DNA of 64,000 bases from a virus. The translations under genes and the position numbers were made by a program. The notes under the pieces were generated by a model. The model did not search any database. It saw only the letters and a program-made list of their open reading frames with translations, and was not told the DNA's origin. The stretch is taken from positions 96,001 to 160,000 of the IMG/VR virus record IMGVR_UViG_3300046170_000502; one strand, written 5' to 3'. Below are positions 55,190-64,000 of this stretch, one piece after another; the first letter of the stretch is position 1, and each line of letters begins with the position of its first letter.

Positions 55190-58100
55190 CGATTTCTAAT
55201 ATTTTTCTTCTTTCCTTTAAATTAGTTTTTGAGAATTTTTCTCCGCTTAAATCATTTGTATCTTTCAAGTAATCCTTAAAAGATTGTTGATAATCTGTAC
55301 TCATTAAAGTTTTTAAAACGTCTCCAGCTATTCCTTGCTCTGCTTTTATATTAGATTTTTTCCTCTCCTTCTCTGCATTTTCTATTGCGTTAAGGTATGC
55401 AGCGTTAAATTTTTCCTCCTTAGTCATAAAATCCGCCCTAACTTTCATCATAGATGCGTATTGATTATTCATCTCCGCTTGAGATGAAGTTGCTCTTTTT
55501 ATTTGTTTATTAAATTTATTTTGAGAATCTAATGATATTTTTTGACTATTTATTTGAAGAATTGTTGCTTCGTTTTGTTTAGATTGAGCAACGAAAGATT
55601 CATCCATTTTTTGAACCAATAATTTAGTAACCTTATCTAAATTTTCTAAACCTTGTTCCCCTTCTAACATACCTGCAATCTTCTGCGCAAATTGTCCATA
55701 AGTTTGCATGCTTTTAGATTCTTCAGAAAAACTGATAGATCCGTTTTCGCCCTTCATTAAATCAGGAAACATATCTACAGTTGAAGACATGGAATCTAGA
55801 AGATTAAAAATAATCTCTCTTTGGGTCCCGCCTGTATTTTTTACATCAACATTATATTTACTTAAATCTGCCTGAGCACTTTGCACTCTGTTTCTTAGCG
55901 CTTCATCTAAATCTCTCCCCCCTCCATATATTATTTGAGATTCATCTATTTTTTTCTGGCCGCTGGGTAAAGTTTTTGAAATTTGTCTAAATTCTTCAAA
56001 TGAAGCTGGAACGCTTGGCAAAGTTTGGGAGAGAACATCTTTTACGGTTTTATTGAGCATTGGATTTGTCTTCTTAACTATGGATTGCTGATTCGTAATT
56101 TCGCCAGTGGCTACATTTAAAACATCAGTTTTTTTCTCAAGTAAATTAGAGTTATCACCGAGAAACTTTCCCGCTGTCATCCCTCCTGCACCTCCTGGCC
56201 CAGAAAGCTCATTAACCATATCACCCAATGGCAAAAACGAAGCAAAAGATTTAGCTCTTTGCTCAGACTCTTCTTGTATGGTATTTGTTGACTGTTCCAG
56301 GCTTGACACCAATCCTCCCAATGCTCCAACTGCGGCACCTATTGCTGTTCCGAATCCAGGAAACATCATACCTATACCTGCGCCAGTTGCTGCCCCAGTT
56401 AACGCGCCAGACATCAGGCTGCCTCCTGAGCCAGGTTTTTCTGCCCCAGGAATAAATCCCGCAAGCATTGGTAAGCCCATCATTAAACCCATGCCACCCA
56501 TACCTGAACCCATACCTTTAACGCTTTGGGTTAATTTAGTTCTCAAAGTTCTATTAGCTTGAGTAACCCTTTGAACGGCTGATTCATTTGCTTTGTATTT
56601 TTGCCCAAGACTAGTAACTATTTGCGCTAATTTTTCCTGACCTTTCCTACCTTTTGGTAATTGCTTGAGTTCTTGCTTTAATTCTTTGTTTAATTTAAGC
56701 ATTAACCTATTTCTCTCTTTTCTATTGCCTGCAGAGCTTTCTATATCTGAGGTTTGGAAATAATCTTGAGCATAATTAGGAACAAATCCATTCGCACCAA
56801 ATACATCGCGCAATCCATTTGGTTCGTCTTGTGTGTTGGTTACGCCGAGACCAATTGGGTTACTTTTATTCATTAATGCTGGATGAGAACCGACACGAAT
56901 TTGAGAGACAGGAACGCCAGCTTCTTTTTCTCTACCTATTGCATCTGATAATGGATTGGCGAAGTTGGGAATAAACCCCGAGGCGTAACCCTTCGGTTTA
57001 AGTTTGTTTTGTTGTTGAGATTTATTAAACTTAGCTTGCTTAAGTACTTTTTTTCTAAAAGAAGCTTTATTTCCTGAACTTCGGTCATCGCTTTTGTAAT
57101 CAGCTAATGTCATACCATCAGGAAAACCATCAAAAGCTTTTGACAATAACCCTAAATCCCCACCTCGAACATCGAAGTCTCCCTCATCCTTACCTCTCTT
57201 TGACGCAGAATAATCTAAAGCAGAATTAACTGCAGCTTCAAATAAAGCCCCTACCGCAGCTTTCCATGCTCCCTTTGCTCCGCCAGCAGTGTCGGACTGC
57301 ATAGTTTTCCAGATCTTATCTCGACTAACTGGACCTCTCTCTAGAACTTTGGAGATTTTTGAAGCATACTTACTTCCTGTCGACTTGAAGTCACCCTCAA
57401 CCATTTTGCTTAAAGATGGGTCGGTTTGAGCGTCAGGCCTTAAGGAATAGACTGGCCACGTAAGATCGCTGTAGCTAGCAAAAGGTTTGCCGCTATAGCC
57501 TTCAGGGGGAACAAGCATTGCGGCTAAAGACTTTTTTGGGCTCTTTAGGGCTTGGCTTTCTTTATAAGACTTTACAAGCGCTGCCGGAGATAAATTTTGA
57601 AGTTTATTTGTTTCTGCGTATTGACGAAGAGCGTTGTATGCTCCCGTGGCCTTAGTATTACTCGAGGAAGTGCCAGTTCTTATTTCTGCGAATTTTTTAA
57701 AAGCTCCGACATCCATATAAGTATTTGGAACATCTTTTACTCTCGCATAGTTCGGTATATATCCCCCTGCCGCATATGGATCGAATCCATGAACATCCCC
57801 AAATGCTTGTTGATAATTTTTTCCAGCTTTGCTTGAATGAGGAGGCATAATTGCAGGCTGCTTAAATCCTGCGAAATTTTTAACAGTCTCCGCGCTGTTA
57901 TATATTACCGAGCCTTCGCCAGGCATTTTCATACTACGAATACTTCCTGCAGCATATCCACCCTGTGCTGCTTGAGTTCGTTCGGGATTTGCGAAATTTG
58001 GAATATGCCCACCAGCTCTTCCTCTTCTTGGTGCAAGATTCGAGCCATACCCCTGTTTATATAAAGTGCTTGCAGCCTGCTTACTTATCGAATTAAGAGC

Positions 58101-59633
58101 ATTAGCTTCTAAAACTTGAGCCTTCAGCAAGCTTAAGATGATTTTTTCTTTCTCTGTTCGGCTTATATCTGTCCTAAGCATCTCTTTACTCAAGGCGGAG
58201 CTCTGACTGAATAAGTTAACGAGAGACGTTTGAATAGATTTTTGCTTTTGAGCCTCACTTGTGACGCCAATCAAAGATTTTAGACTTTCATGTGCATACT
58301 GAGCGGCTTTCACTAACAATTTGCCAAAAACAGCGACCATCATAACCAAACCGGGTCCAGTTATAATATTTCCCAATCCTTTCAAGAACCCTTGTGCAAA
58401 TGTACTTCCAGCACCTTCTCCGCTACCAAGCAAACCTCCAAGTCCTTCTGCCGCACTTTTTACAATATTTAAAACTTTCTCCATGCCAGGGGCAAGCATG
58501 ATTTCCCCAATTTGTGAGCTTACCTGTTTTAGTGCTAGACCCGTCTCAGTCGCCATGGCGGACATTGTATTTCTTAATTGCTCATTTTTCTGTATCGCTT
58601 CATCAGTTGCTCCGGCAGAAATTTGCGTTGCACTCGCGAGAATACCGTTTTGTTTTGCGGCATCACTAAGCACAGCCTTTAATACATTAATCTGAAAAAC
58701 GCCCCCGACTGTTTGTGCGATTTGTGCTTGCTGAGCTGCAGTTAATGTATCAAAAGTATTAGCAAGATCAGTTAGTATTCTTTTTGCACCAATAGTGTTT
58801 CCTTCTAAATCTCGAACAGCGATGCCCAAATCTTCCAATTGATTTAAAGTGTCAGTTCTTCCAATTCTAGTGAAAATTGTCTTGAAGGAGTTTCCGATAA
58901 CCTTACCACCTCGAGCGGTTTTCTGTTGAGCTGCAGTAACTAAACCAACTAATTCATTAATATCAACTCCAGCGCTTTTTGCCGCTTGACCAGTCCTAGA
59001 AATAGCGTCCGCAAAATCTTCTGCGCTAACGGCAAACTTAACATCTACTGCCGCAAACTTACTTACTAGTTGAGTAGTATCTTTTATTTGATCGCCATAC
59101 GTATTCATTGCAGCAGTTAAAGCTTTTACTGCTGCTGCAGAATCCATGCCCGTTAACCTTGTTAATATCAAAGCGTCTTTCGTCCGCTTAAGAGACTCCT
59201 CAACACTCAAACCTTGTCTAGCATATTCTGTTGCTGCATCAGCAGCAATTTTAAATGCAGCACCAGTTTCCTTTGCGACTTTAAATAAGCCGTCGCCAAA
59301 TTTATCTAAATTTTGAGCGCTTAAACCCATAACAACGTTAATGTCCGCAAGAGATTTTTCAACTTCAACCATGTTTTTGACCATGACTTTGAAAGCGTCA
59401 GACACGCCGTTAATGATTGCCATACTTGCCCCGAAAGCAATGATACGAGCATTCGCAGCTTCCATTGATTTTGAGAACTCATCAGCTCCGCGTTTCATAT
59501 TCCCAAGCGGTTGAGTTGCTCCCTTATCATCCACTGTGATTTTAATGGGAGTTTTCCTTATTCTGGTTACAGCCGCTTGAACAGCCGCCTCAAGAGGAGC
59601 TGTATTACCGTTTACATTTAGATTTATAGCCAT
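55119..59633 (-). CDS. Tail tape measure protein, N-terminal 1,504 aa
   Basis: TP901-like core (VEKSLADINVV, AATEYARQG, AQQKTARGGKVIGNSFKTIF), long helical repeats and IPNF modules. Confidence 0.9.
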   Translation of the reverse strand: MAINLNVNGNTAPLEAAVQAAVTRIRKTPIKITVDDKGATQPLGNMKRGADEFSKSMEAANARIIAFGASMAIINGVSDAFKVMVKNMVEVEKSLADINVVMGLSAQNLDKFGDGLFKVAKETGAAFKIAADAATEYARQGLSVEESLKRTKDALILTRLTGMDSAAAVKALTAAMNTYGDQIKDTTQLVSKFAAVDVKFAVSAEDFADAISRTGQAAKSAGVDINELVGLVTAAQQKTARGGKVIGNSFKTIFTRIGRTDTLNQLEDLGIAVRDLEGNTIGAKRILTDLANTFDTLTAAQQAQIAQTVGGVFQINVLKAVLSDAAKQNGILASATQISAGATDEAIQKNEQLRNTMSAMATETGLALKQVSSQIGEIMLAPGMEKVLNIVKSAAEGLGGLLGSGEGAGSTFAQGFLKGLGNIITGPGLVMMVAVFGKLLVKAAQYAHESLKSLIGVTSEAQKQKSIQTSLVNLFSQSSALSKEMLRTDISRTEKEKIILSLLKAQVLEANALNSISKQAASTLYKQGYGSNLAPRRGRAGGHIPNFANPERTQAAQGGYAAGSIRSMKMPGEGSVIYNSAETVKNFAGFKQPAIMPPHSSKAGKNYQQAFGDVHGFDPYAAGGYIPNYARVKDVPNTYMDVGAFKKFAEIRTGTSSSNTKATGAYNALRQYAETNKLQNLSPAALVKSYKESQALKSPKKSLAAMLVPPEGYSGKPFASYSDLTWPVYSLRPDAQTDPSLSKMVEGDFKSTGSKYASKISKVLERGPVSRDKIWKTMQSDTAGGAKGAWKAAVGALFEAAVNSALDYSASKRGKDEGDFDVRGGDLGLLSKAFDGFPDGMTLADYKSDDRSSGNKASFRKKVLKQAKFNKSQQQNKLKPKGYASGFIPNFANPLSDAIGREKEAGVPVSQIRVGSHPALMNKSNPIGLGVTNTQDEPNGLRDVFGANGFVPNYAQDYFQTSDIESSAGNRKERNRLMLKLNKELKQELKQLPKGRKGQEKLAQIVTSLGQKYKANESAVQRVTQANRTLRTKLTQSVKGMGSGMGGMGLMMGLPMLAGFIPGAEKPGSGGSLMSGALTGAATGAGIGMMFPGFGTAIGAAVGALGGLVSSLEQSTNTIQEESEQRAKSFASFLPLGDMVNELSGPGGAGGMTAGKFLGDNSNLLEKKTDVLNVATGEITNQQSIVKKTNPMLNKTVKDVLSQTLPSVPASFEEFRQISKTLPSGQKKIDESQIIYGGGRDLDEALRNRVQSAQADLSKYNVDVKNTGGTQREIIFNLLDSMSSTVDMFPDLMKGENGSISFSEESKSMQTYGQFAQKIAGMLEGEQGLENLDKVTKLLVQKMDESFVAQSKQNEATILQINSQKISLDSQNKFNKQIKRATSSQAEMNNQYASMMKVRADFMTKEEKFNAAYLNAIENAEKERKKSNIKAEQGIAGDVLKTLMSTDYQQSFKDYLKDTNDLSGEKFSKTNLKERRKILEIVGEKSKFRRKNYVNSSISKSSID

Positions 59634-59670
59634 ATTACCTTATTCCTTGTAAGGTATTAATACACTAAAT

Positions 59671-60657
59671 TTATCCTACTCCATGTAATTTCATCAAATC
59701 TTCCATATTTAAAGTCCCGCCTTTCTTTTTTGCTTCCTCGTGAAGGTCTACGCCTCGTTGCGGTTTCTCCACACCAAGAAATTCGTAATCTTCATCTTTC
59801 GCCCCAACAATTGTTCCCGCATCTCCCTCGGACAACTTATTTTTAGCTTTATCCCTCTCCTCTTTTGAGCTACTACCAAACTCTAACAATTTCGCGGGAT
59901 CTCTTTTTATATTATCTGGTATATTTTCATTAGTATCAAATATATTTTTAAATATTCTAGTATATACAATCAATCTTATTTGATTATATGTTAAATTACA
60001 AAATGGTTTTCCATAAAACTGCATACTATCTTCAGCAAAACTAAGATATGGATTATAAAAATCTTCTAATATAGTATATTGTATATTTTCTTCATTAAAA
60101 CTTTGGAATATTTCATTATACAATATAATTATTTTCTTAATGTCTTGATTCTCAAGTTCGTCAAAACCTTGTTCATCAAATATCTTTCGATTTAATTGTT
60201 CATCCTCAAAAAAAGAGTTAATCATATAAAAATCATTTAATCTATCTTTTGCATATTTCTCGCAGGTATTCCCAATAAGAGAATTTTTTAAATTTCGTTT
60301 GGTGACCAGTTCAGCTTCTTCTTTTTCGATAAGTTTTTCTTGTTTTTCTATTTGAGTCTTTAGCACCATTTTGCCTTTTGTCTTCTTGAGGTTTTCAACA
60401 TAAAAGGTTTTTTCTTCTATAAATTTCTCATCCTCCTCGGTCCACTGTTCTTCGTCTCTCAAAAAAGATAACATATCCTGTTCAGTGGGAACTCCGCGAC
60501 TTAGCGCTGAATCGAAGTATCTTTCCTCGATTTCCTCAAGCTCCACTTGATCGTGTGGAGTTAAATGTTTAATGTAAACCAATTTATCGTTAAAAAGGGC
60601 GGTTGAATACCCTCTAACGACATCTCTAAAAATTCTTCTGCGTTTTGTCGCTTCCAC
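59671..60657 (-). CDS. Hypothetical protein, possible tail assembly chaperone
   Basis: GTG start. Helical and acidic, immediately upstream of the TMP. Function inferred from synteny only. Confidence 0.5.
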   Translation of the reverse strand: MEATKRRRIFRDVVRGYSTALFNDKLVYIKHLTPHDQVELEEIEERYFDSALSRGVPTEQDMLSFLRDEEQWTEEDEKFIEEKTFYVENLKKTKGKMVLKTQIEKQEKLIEKEEAELVTKRNLKNSLIGNTCEKYAKDRLNDFYMINSFFEDEQLNRKIFDEQGFDELENQDIKKIIILYNEIFQSFNEENIQYTILEDFYNPYLSFAEDSMQFYGKPFCNLTYNQIRLIVYTRIFKNIFDTNENIPDNIKRDPAKLLEFGSSSKEERDKAKNKLSEGDAGTIVGAKDEDYEFLGVEKPQRGVDLHEEAKKKGGTLNMEDLMKLHGVG

Positions 60658-60660
60658 GCA

Positions 60661-61470
60661 TTATACTTTTCCCTCTTCGATATCTTGATCTAATTTCTCC
60701 ATATCTATATGGGATACCGTCCCAGAACTATAATACCAAAAACTATATAAGGCTGCGATCTTACCCCCAACCAAGTCGTACAATTCATTTCCATCTTCTT
60801 CCATCTCGTAATATACTTGTAGTTTTTGGTCAAAATCCCTTCCCTCAAATAAAAGGCTCATTTCATCATCTTGATCTTTTTGTATATAAGTAAGATTCAA
60901 GATATACCATTGAATAACTTTATTCTCAGCTCTTACATCTGCAGTATGATTAAATAAATTAGAATATGATGTTTCAACATTAATAATATCTTTTCTTAAT
61001 ACCGCAATCCTTCCAGCGATTTCATTCATGCGCTCTTTATTCTTTTCGCTTTTTACGTTCTTTATTTGTAATTTTTCATTCTCTTGGGACAATTCTCCGT
61101 ACTCAACATACATTTTAGTTAAAGCTTTCGCGTCCTCTTCGGCAAGAAGACCTCCGGTATCGCTATATTTTTTTGCAAGCATTGCTTTAGTCAGAATTCC
61201 CCTCTTTATACAGTTACTCATTTCGACACTAAACTCTAATTCGGCTTCTTCAATTTGCCTCCGGGTTGGTTGCTTCATTACAAGCCTATATGGAATTTTT
61301 TCTACAACGTCCTTAGTGACAGAAATTTCTTCCTCCTGATCAGTCTCTTCGTTTTTAATTTTTTTCGTTTCTGTCTGTTTGACTTTTTGCTCTTTCTCGA
61401 AAGCAAAACTATAAATTTCTCGCATTTTCTTACGAGTATCATTCATTGTTTCCATTGTTGCCTCTGCCAT
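60661..61470 (-). CDS. Hypothetical protein, possible tail assembly chaperone
   Basis: KQPTRRQIEEAE... helical protein two genes upstream of the TMP. Function inferred from synteny only. Confidence 0.5.
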   Translation of the reverse strand: MAEATMETMNDTRKKMREIYSFAFEKEQKVKQTETKKIKNEETDQEEEISVTKDVVEKIPYRLVMKQPTRRQIEEAELEFSVEMSNCIKRGILTKAMLAKKYSDTGGLLAEEDAKALTKMYVEYGELSQENEKLQIKNVKSEKNKERMNEIAGRIAVLRKDIINVETSYSNLFNHTADVRAENKVIQWYILNLTYIQKDQDDEMSLLFEGRDFDQKLQVYYEMEEDGNELYDLVGGKIAALYSFWYYSSGTVSHIDMEKLDQDIEEGKV

Positions 61471-61479
61471 AATATATTT

Positions 61480-61767
61480 TTAGTTAAATGTGAATTCTAT
61501 AGTATAATTATCTAATTCCAACTCAATATTTCTAATTGTTTCATTACCAATATCCAGAGTTCTTTTTCTTAAATGCTGAAGCTTACGTTCGTCAAAATAA
61601 TCAGCTTGTTCCACTATAGGGACACAGCCTTCCGGTAAATTAATTCTTAATTTATCAAAATTAATTTGATGCTCTTTATGTAAATCCTCAAGCATAACAA
61701 GAAACCCTTTAAAAAGGGAAACCGTATTCCTGTGATAACATTTTTTAAAAATGTCTTCTGCGTTCAT
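61480..61767 (-). CDS. Hypothetical protein
   Basis: 95-aa ORF with an AAGGG SD-like site and a GTGTA motif 21 nt upstream. Confidence 0.65.
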   Translation of the reverse strand: MNAEDIFKKCYHRNTVSLFKGFLVMLEDLHKEHQINFDKLRINLPEGCVPIVEQADYFDERKLQHLRKRTLDIGNETIRNIELELDNYTIEFTFN

Positions 61768-61822
61768 ATCCTTATACCTACAAATCTATACACAAAAAAA
61801 TATCTTTAGTGTAAAATCTTTT

Positions 61823-62287
61823 ATGCCAGAATTTTTATCGCCATCAGACAGAGCTTCAATAGCCTCGAACCTACTTGACCTTCACGATACTTTTGGAAGA
61901 GATATAATTGTTTACAAAGAAGCGAAGAAAGTTGTAATTAGTACAGATCCGTCCTACAATCATTTATACGGAAACTCTGGGCCTTCAACTCCAAGTGTGC
62001 AAAATGTTCCAGTAAGGAAGGTTTTTAAAGCAAGAATTAGATACGACACAGACAGAAGTCTGGAGTATTTCGGGGAAACTGACGCGCAAGTAAAAGTGGC
62101 AAGAACAGACCCAAGTAGCACGGTTAGAATAAAGTTAAAAATAGAGGATTACAACTATATAAAAGAAGCAAAAAGAATAGAGCTTGATGGAAGAATGTTT
62201 CATGTAGAATCTGATCCGCGAGCGCACGGACTATTTGATGTAGTACAATTTTATACTTTATTCTTAAAACCAATAGAAGCGAAATGA
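61823..62287 (+). CDS. Probable head-closure/neck protein (start revised to ATG 61823)
   Basis: MPEFLSPSD...HDTFGRDIIVYKE...RIELDGRMFHV has a head-closure-like beta pattern. GTGTA lies 9 nt upstream. Confidence 0.5.
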   Translation: MPEFLSPSDRASIASNLLDLHDTFGRDIIVYKEAKKVVISTDPSYNHLYGNSGPSTPSVQNVPVRKVFKARIRYDTDRSLEYFGETDAQVKVARTDPSSTVRIKLKIEDYNYIKEAKRIELDGRMFHVESDPRAHGLFDVVQFYTLFLKPIEAK

Positions 62288-62910
62288 GTAAAATTTTAAA
62301 CAGAGGAGTGAAAGTCGATCTAATCAGGCAATTAAAAAATAATAAATCATTAAATCAGCAAGTCAGAATTGCAATAGAGGGGCAATTCAAGCAAAAAAAA
62401 GATAAGCTTATGGATGAATTTCAAAAACACCCAGTCACAAGAGAACTAAAAGCTGGATCGCAATCTTCCAATATAACGAATTCTCTTTCTGGAGGAAACC
62501 TATTTGGATTTATTGGTTTCGAAGAAGGAGGTGACCCCGTTTCCGCTATCGAGTTAGCCTTAAATAAAACAGCAATCTTAATAAAGCAAAGAAAATTTGG
62601 ATCATTCGGGCTTGTATGGACCTATCTAGTGACCTCACCGTCAATGAAAGATTTATACTCTGCGACGCCATTACCTTGGGCAAGAGGTTCTAGTTGGCTA
62701 AGGGAGCTAGAAGGCAGAGGAATCCCTAACTTAGGTCAGTATATGTTCAAAAGATCAAGCTCGTCAAGTAGATCTGGAGCCGGAATTCAAAATACAAAAA
62801 AGAGCAGAGGGGGAAGGCTAAAAATCCCTTATGTTAAAGAGCTTTTAATGAAATTCGAAAACGATTTAAATTCAATAGACGCATCAAGAGTTTCTCGCTC
62901 TAATTTTTAA
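62284..62910 (+). CDS. Hypothetical neck/tail-completion protein
   Basis: Translationally coupled between head-closure-like and terminator-like genes. Function is from synteny. Confidence 0.45.
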   Translation: MSKILNRGVKVDLIRQLKNNKSLNQQVRIAIEGQFKQKKDKLMDEFQKHPVTRELKAGSQSSNITNSLSGGNLFGFIGFEEGGDPVSAIELALNKTAILIKQRKFGSFGLVWTYLVTSPSMKDLYSATPLPWARGSSWLRELEGRGIPNLGQYMFKRSSSSSRSGAGIQNTKKSRGGRLKIPYVKELLMKFENDLNSIDASRVSRSNF

Positions 62911-62911
62911 T

Positions 62912-63760
62912 ATGAAACCTCAATTCCAACACGAACTAACGACAAGCTTTATGCTTTGGGCTGATAATTTTATAACAAACAAAGGGGAAGCCTTTCAAAA
63001 TCATACTGCGCCCTTATACCCAATGGGAACAGATGATAGGTTGGGGGATGGTTTTGTAGCTTATAGCAGCCCTCACAAGCAATGGGTTTTTGACGAAAGC
63101 GTTAATGGAGCTCAAATTCCAAGCGGAATATATAATAATGGTAATTTCATAAACAGGGGCGACGACGGATTAATATTAGATTTCGACAATGGAAGAGTTA
63201 TGCTCGACGCATCCTTCGGAGAGAATAATCCATCATTAAGTGGAACTTATTCAGTTAAAGAATTTAATTTTTACATAACAAATCAAACAGAAGAGCAATT
63301 AATTATAGAAAATAAATTTGACTCCAACGATAGATTCAAACAAGAACTTTCTGGAATCGCTCCCTACAACCAAGTCGTTCCAGCAGTTTTTGTTAACCCC
63401 GAGCTTGTGGAAAATCAACCCTTTGCCTTTGGGGGTGAAGACAAAACTACGACTAATATTAGATGCGTGATCTTCGCAGAGAGCACTTATCAGCTTGATG
63501 GAGCTCTTTCTTTATTCTCGGACTCAAGAAACGAAGTTTTTTCTAAATTAAGCTTCGAAGATTACCCGATAAATGAATATGGAGATGTCTCAGGATTTAA
63601 TTATAAAGACCTAGCTATTTCTAAAAAAACTAACCTTTTCCATATTGAAGAAGCTAGGGTATCTAAGCTTAGCGACAGAGTCAGTAAAAACATTGACGCT
63701 TCACTTTTTATTGGCTTTGCTGATTTCGAGGTTACAAATTTAAGATTTCCTCGTGTGTAA
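62912..63760 (+). CDS. Probable tail terminator/completion protein
   Basis: C-terminal VPAVFV...PFAFGG.DKTTTNIRCVIFAE...LDGALSLF pattern. Precedes a tube-like gene. Confidence 0.45.
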   Translation: MKPQFQHELTTSFMLWADNFITNKGEAFQNHTAPLYPMGTDDRLGDGFVAYSSPHKQWVFDESVNGAQIPSGIYNNGNFINRGDDGLILDFDNGRVMLDASFGENNPSLSGTYSVKEFNFYITNQTEEQLIIENKFDSNDRFKQELSGIAPYNQVVPAVFVNPELVENQPFAFGGEDKTTTNIRCVIFAESTYQLDGALSLFSDSRNEVFSKLSFEDYPINEYGDVSGFNYKDLAISKKTNLFHIEEARVSKLSDRVSKNIDASLFIGFADFEVTNLRFPRV

Positions 63761-63826
63761 ATTTCCCTTTATTTAATAATAAATGTAAAATAAGTCAGTA
63801 ACTTAAATTCAAACTATTTTTATACC

Positions 63827-64000
63827 ATGGCAAGATCAAGAGTAATTTATCAAAGTGAGGCTTTATACGCCGGAACAGTTGACGCTACAGGCAACCATTT
63901 TTCTGTATCAGGAAACGCGGATGCAGGTTTTTCTGGAGTGGCGACGCAAGCCGATGCAGATGCAGTAATCGCAAATGCGGGTGGAGGAGAAATTCGCACA
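63827..64000 (+). CDS. Probable major tail (tube) protein, 3'-truncated
   Basis: ATG at 63827 opens MARSRVIYQSEALYAGTVDATG... to the window end. Not in the supplied track. Confidence 0.5.
   Translation, partial: MARSRVIYQSEALYAGTVDATGNHFSVSGNADAGFSGVATQADADAVIANAGGGEIRT

Larger units (their letters stand above)
1516..63759. promoter_or_regulatory. Recurrent GTGTA upstream motif (candidate phage late promoter)
   Basis: Plus strand: 1516, 7344, 19133, 61809, 63755 and ATGTA at 17309. Minus strand (TACAC on +): 17201, 22559, 23940, 36158, 48313, 59661 and 61789. Confidence 0.6.

Noticed and set aside
56107-58695. Plus-strand ORFs antisense to the tape measure gene (56107-56562, 57597-57836, 57837-58064, 58321-58695)
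   Set aside because: Antisense shadows of Gly/Ala-rich TMP codons.
60645-60680. Classical lambda G/GT -1 programmed frameshift fusion
   Set aside because: The -1 frame after GGGAAAA hits TAG within ~14 codons, and the downstream gene is in frame 0.
1-64000. Stop-codon reassignment explaining the broken ORFs
   Set aside because: The breaks are frame changes, not in-frame TAG or TGA. All three stop codons end intact genes, and ORFs over 1,500 aa translate with the standard code.
1-64000. tRNA/rRNA genes, integrase, invertase, transposase or reverse transcriptase
   Set aside because: No recognisable motifs or cloverleaf-sized intergenic segments were seen. A tRNAscan-SE/Infernal run would be needed to exclude them fully.

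Overview
The window looks like a 64-kb slice of a large, AT-rich tailed-phage genome (siphovirus-like, lambda-type tail tip). It has no host housekeeping genes, rRNA, tRNA or CRISPR array. From left to right: the 3' end of a probable portal gene; a glycosyltransferase/methyltransferase cluster; three tail-fibre genes with C-terminal peptidase-S74 chaperones; two divergent coiled-coil repeat fibre genes; a J-domain protein; further virion proteins; an early/middle block (SSB, sigma-70-like factor, dNMP kinase, wHTH protein, a second glycan/LPS-type enzyme cluster, a putative annealing protein); a minus-strand tail operon (chaperone-like genes, tape measure, two paralogous unknowns, gpM-, gpL-, gpK- and gpI/gpJ-like genes, a giant CBM-bearing tail protein, an S74 protein); and divergently transcribed neck/tail-tube-like genes. 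The strongest unexplained signals are: (1) about 20 copies of a 30-bp in-frame repeat (GGCAACGTAGGTATTGGTACTACGAATCCT), invariant even at synonymous sites, separating unique 165-315 bp modules across three fibre genes, plus a 364-bp identical chaperone cassette, suggesting a DNA-level fibre-module shuffling system; (2) a GTGTA motif usually 9-12 nt upstream of structural-gene start codons, a candidate promoter for the encoded sigma factor; (3) a PD-(D/E)xK-like cargo inside the tape measure protein, bracketed by IPNF/IPNY motifs; (4) a four-domain methyltransferase/glycosyltransferase fusion; and (5) an amicyanin-like copper-site motif in a fibre. At least a dozen single-base frameshifts, dense at 35-38.7 kb and often in homopolymers, may be sequencing errors. 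All family names come from motif recognition, not database searches.
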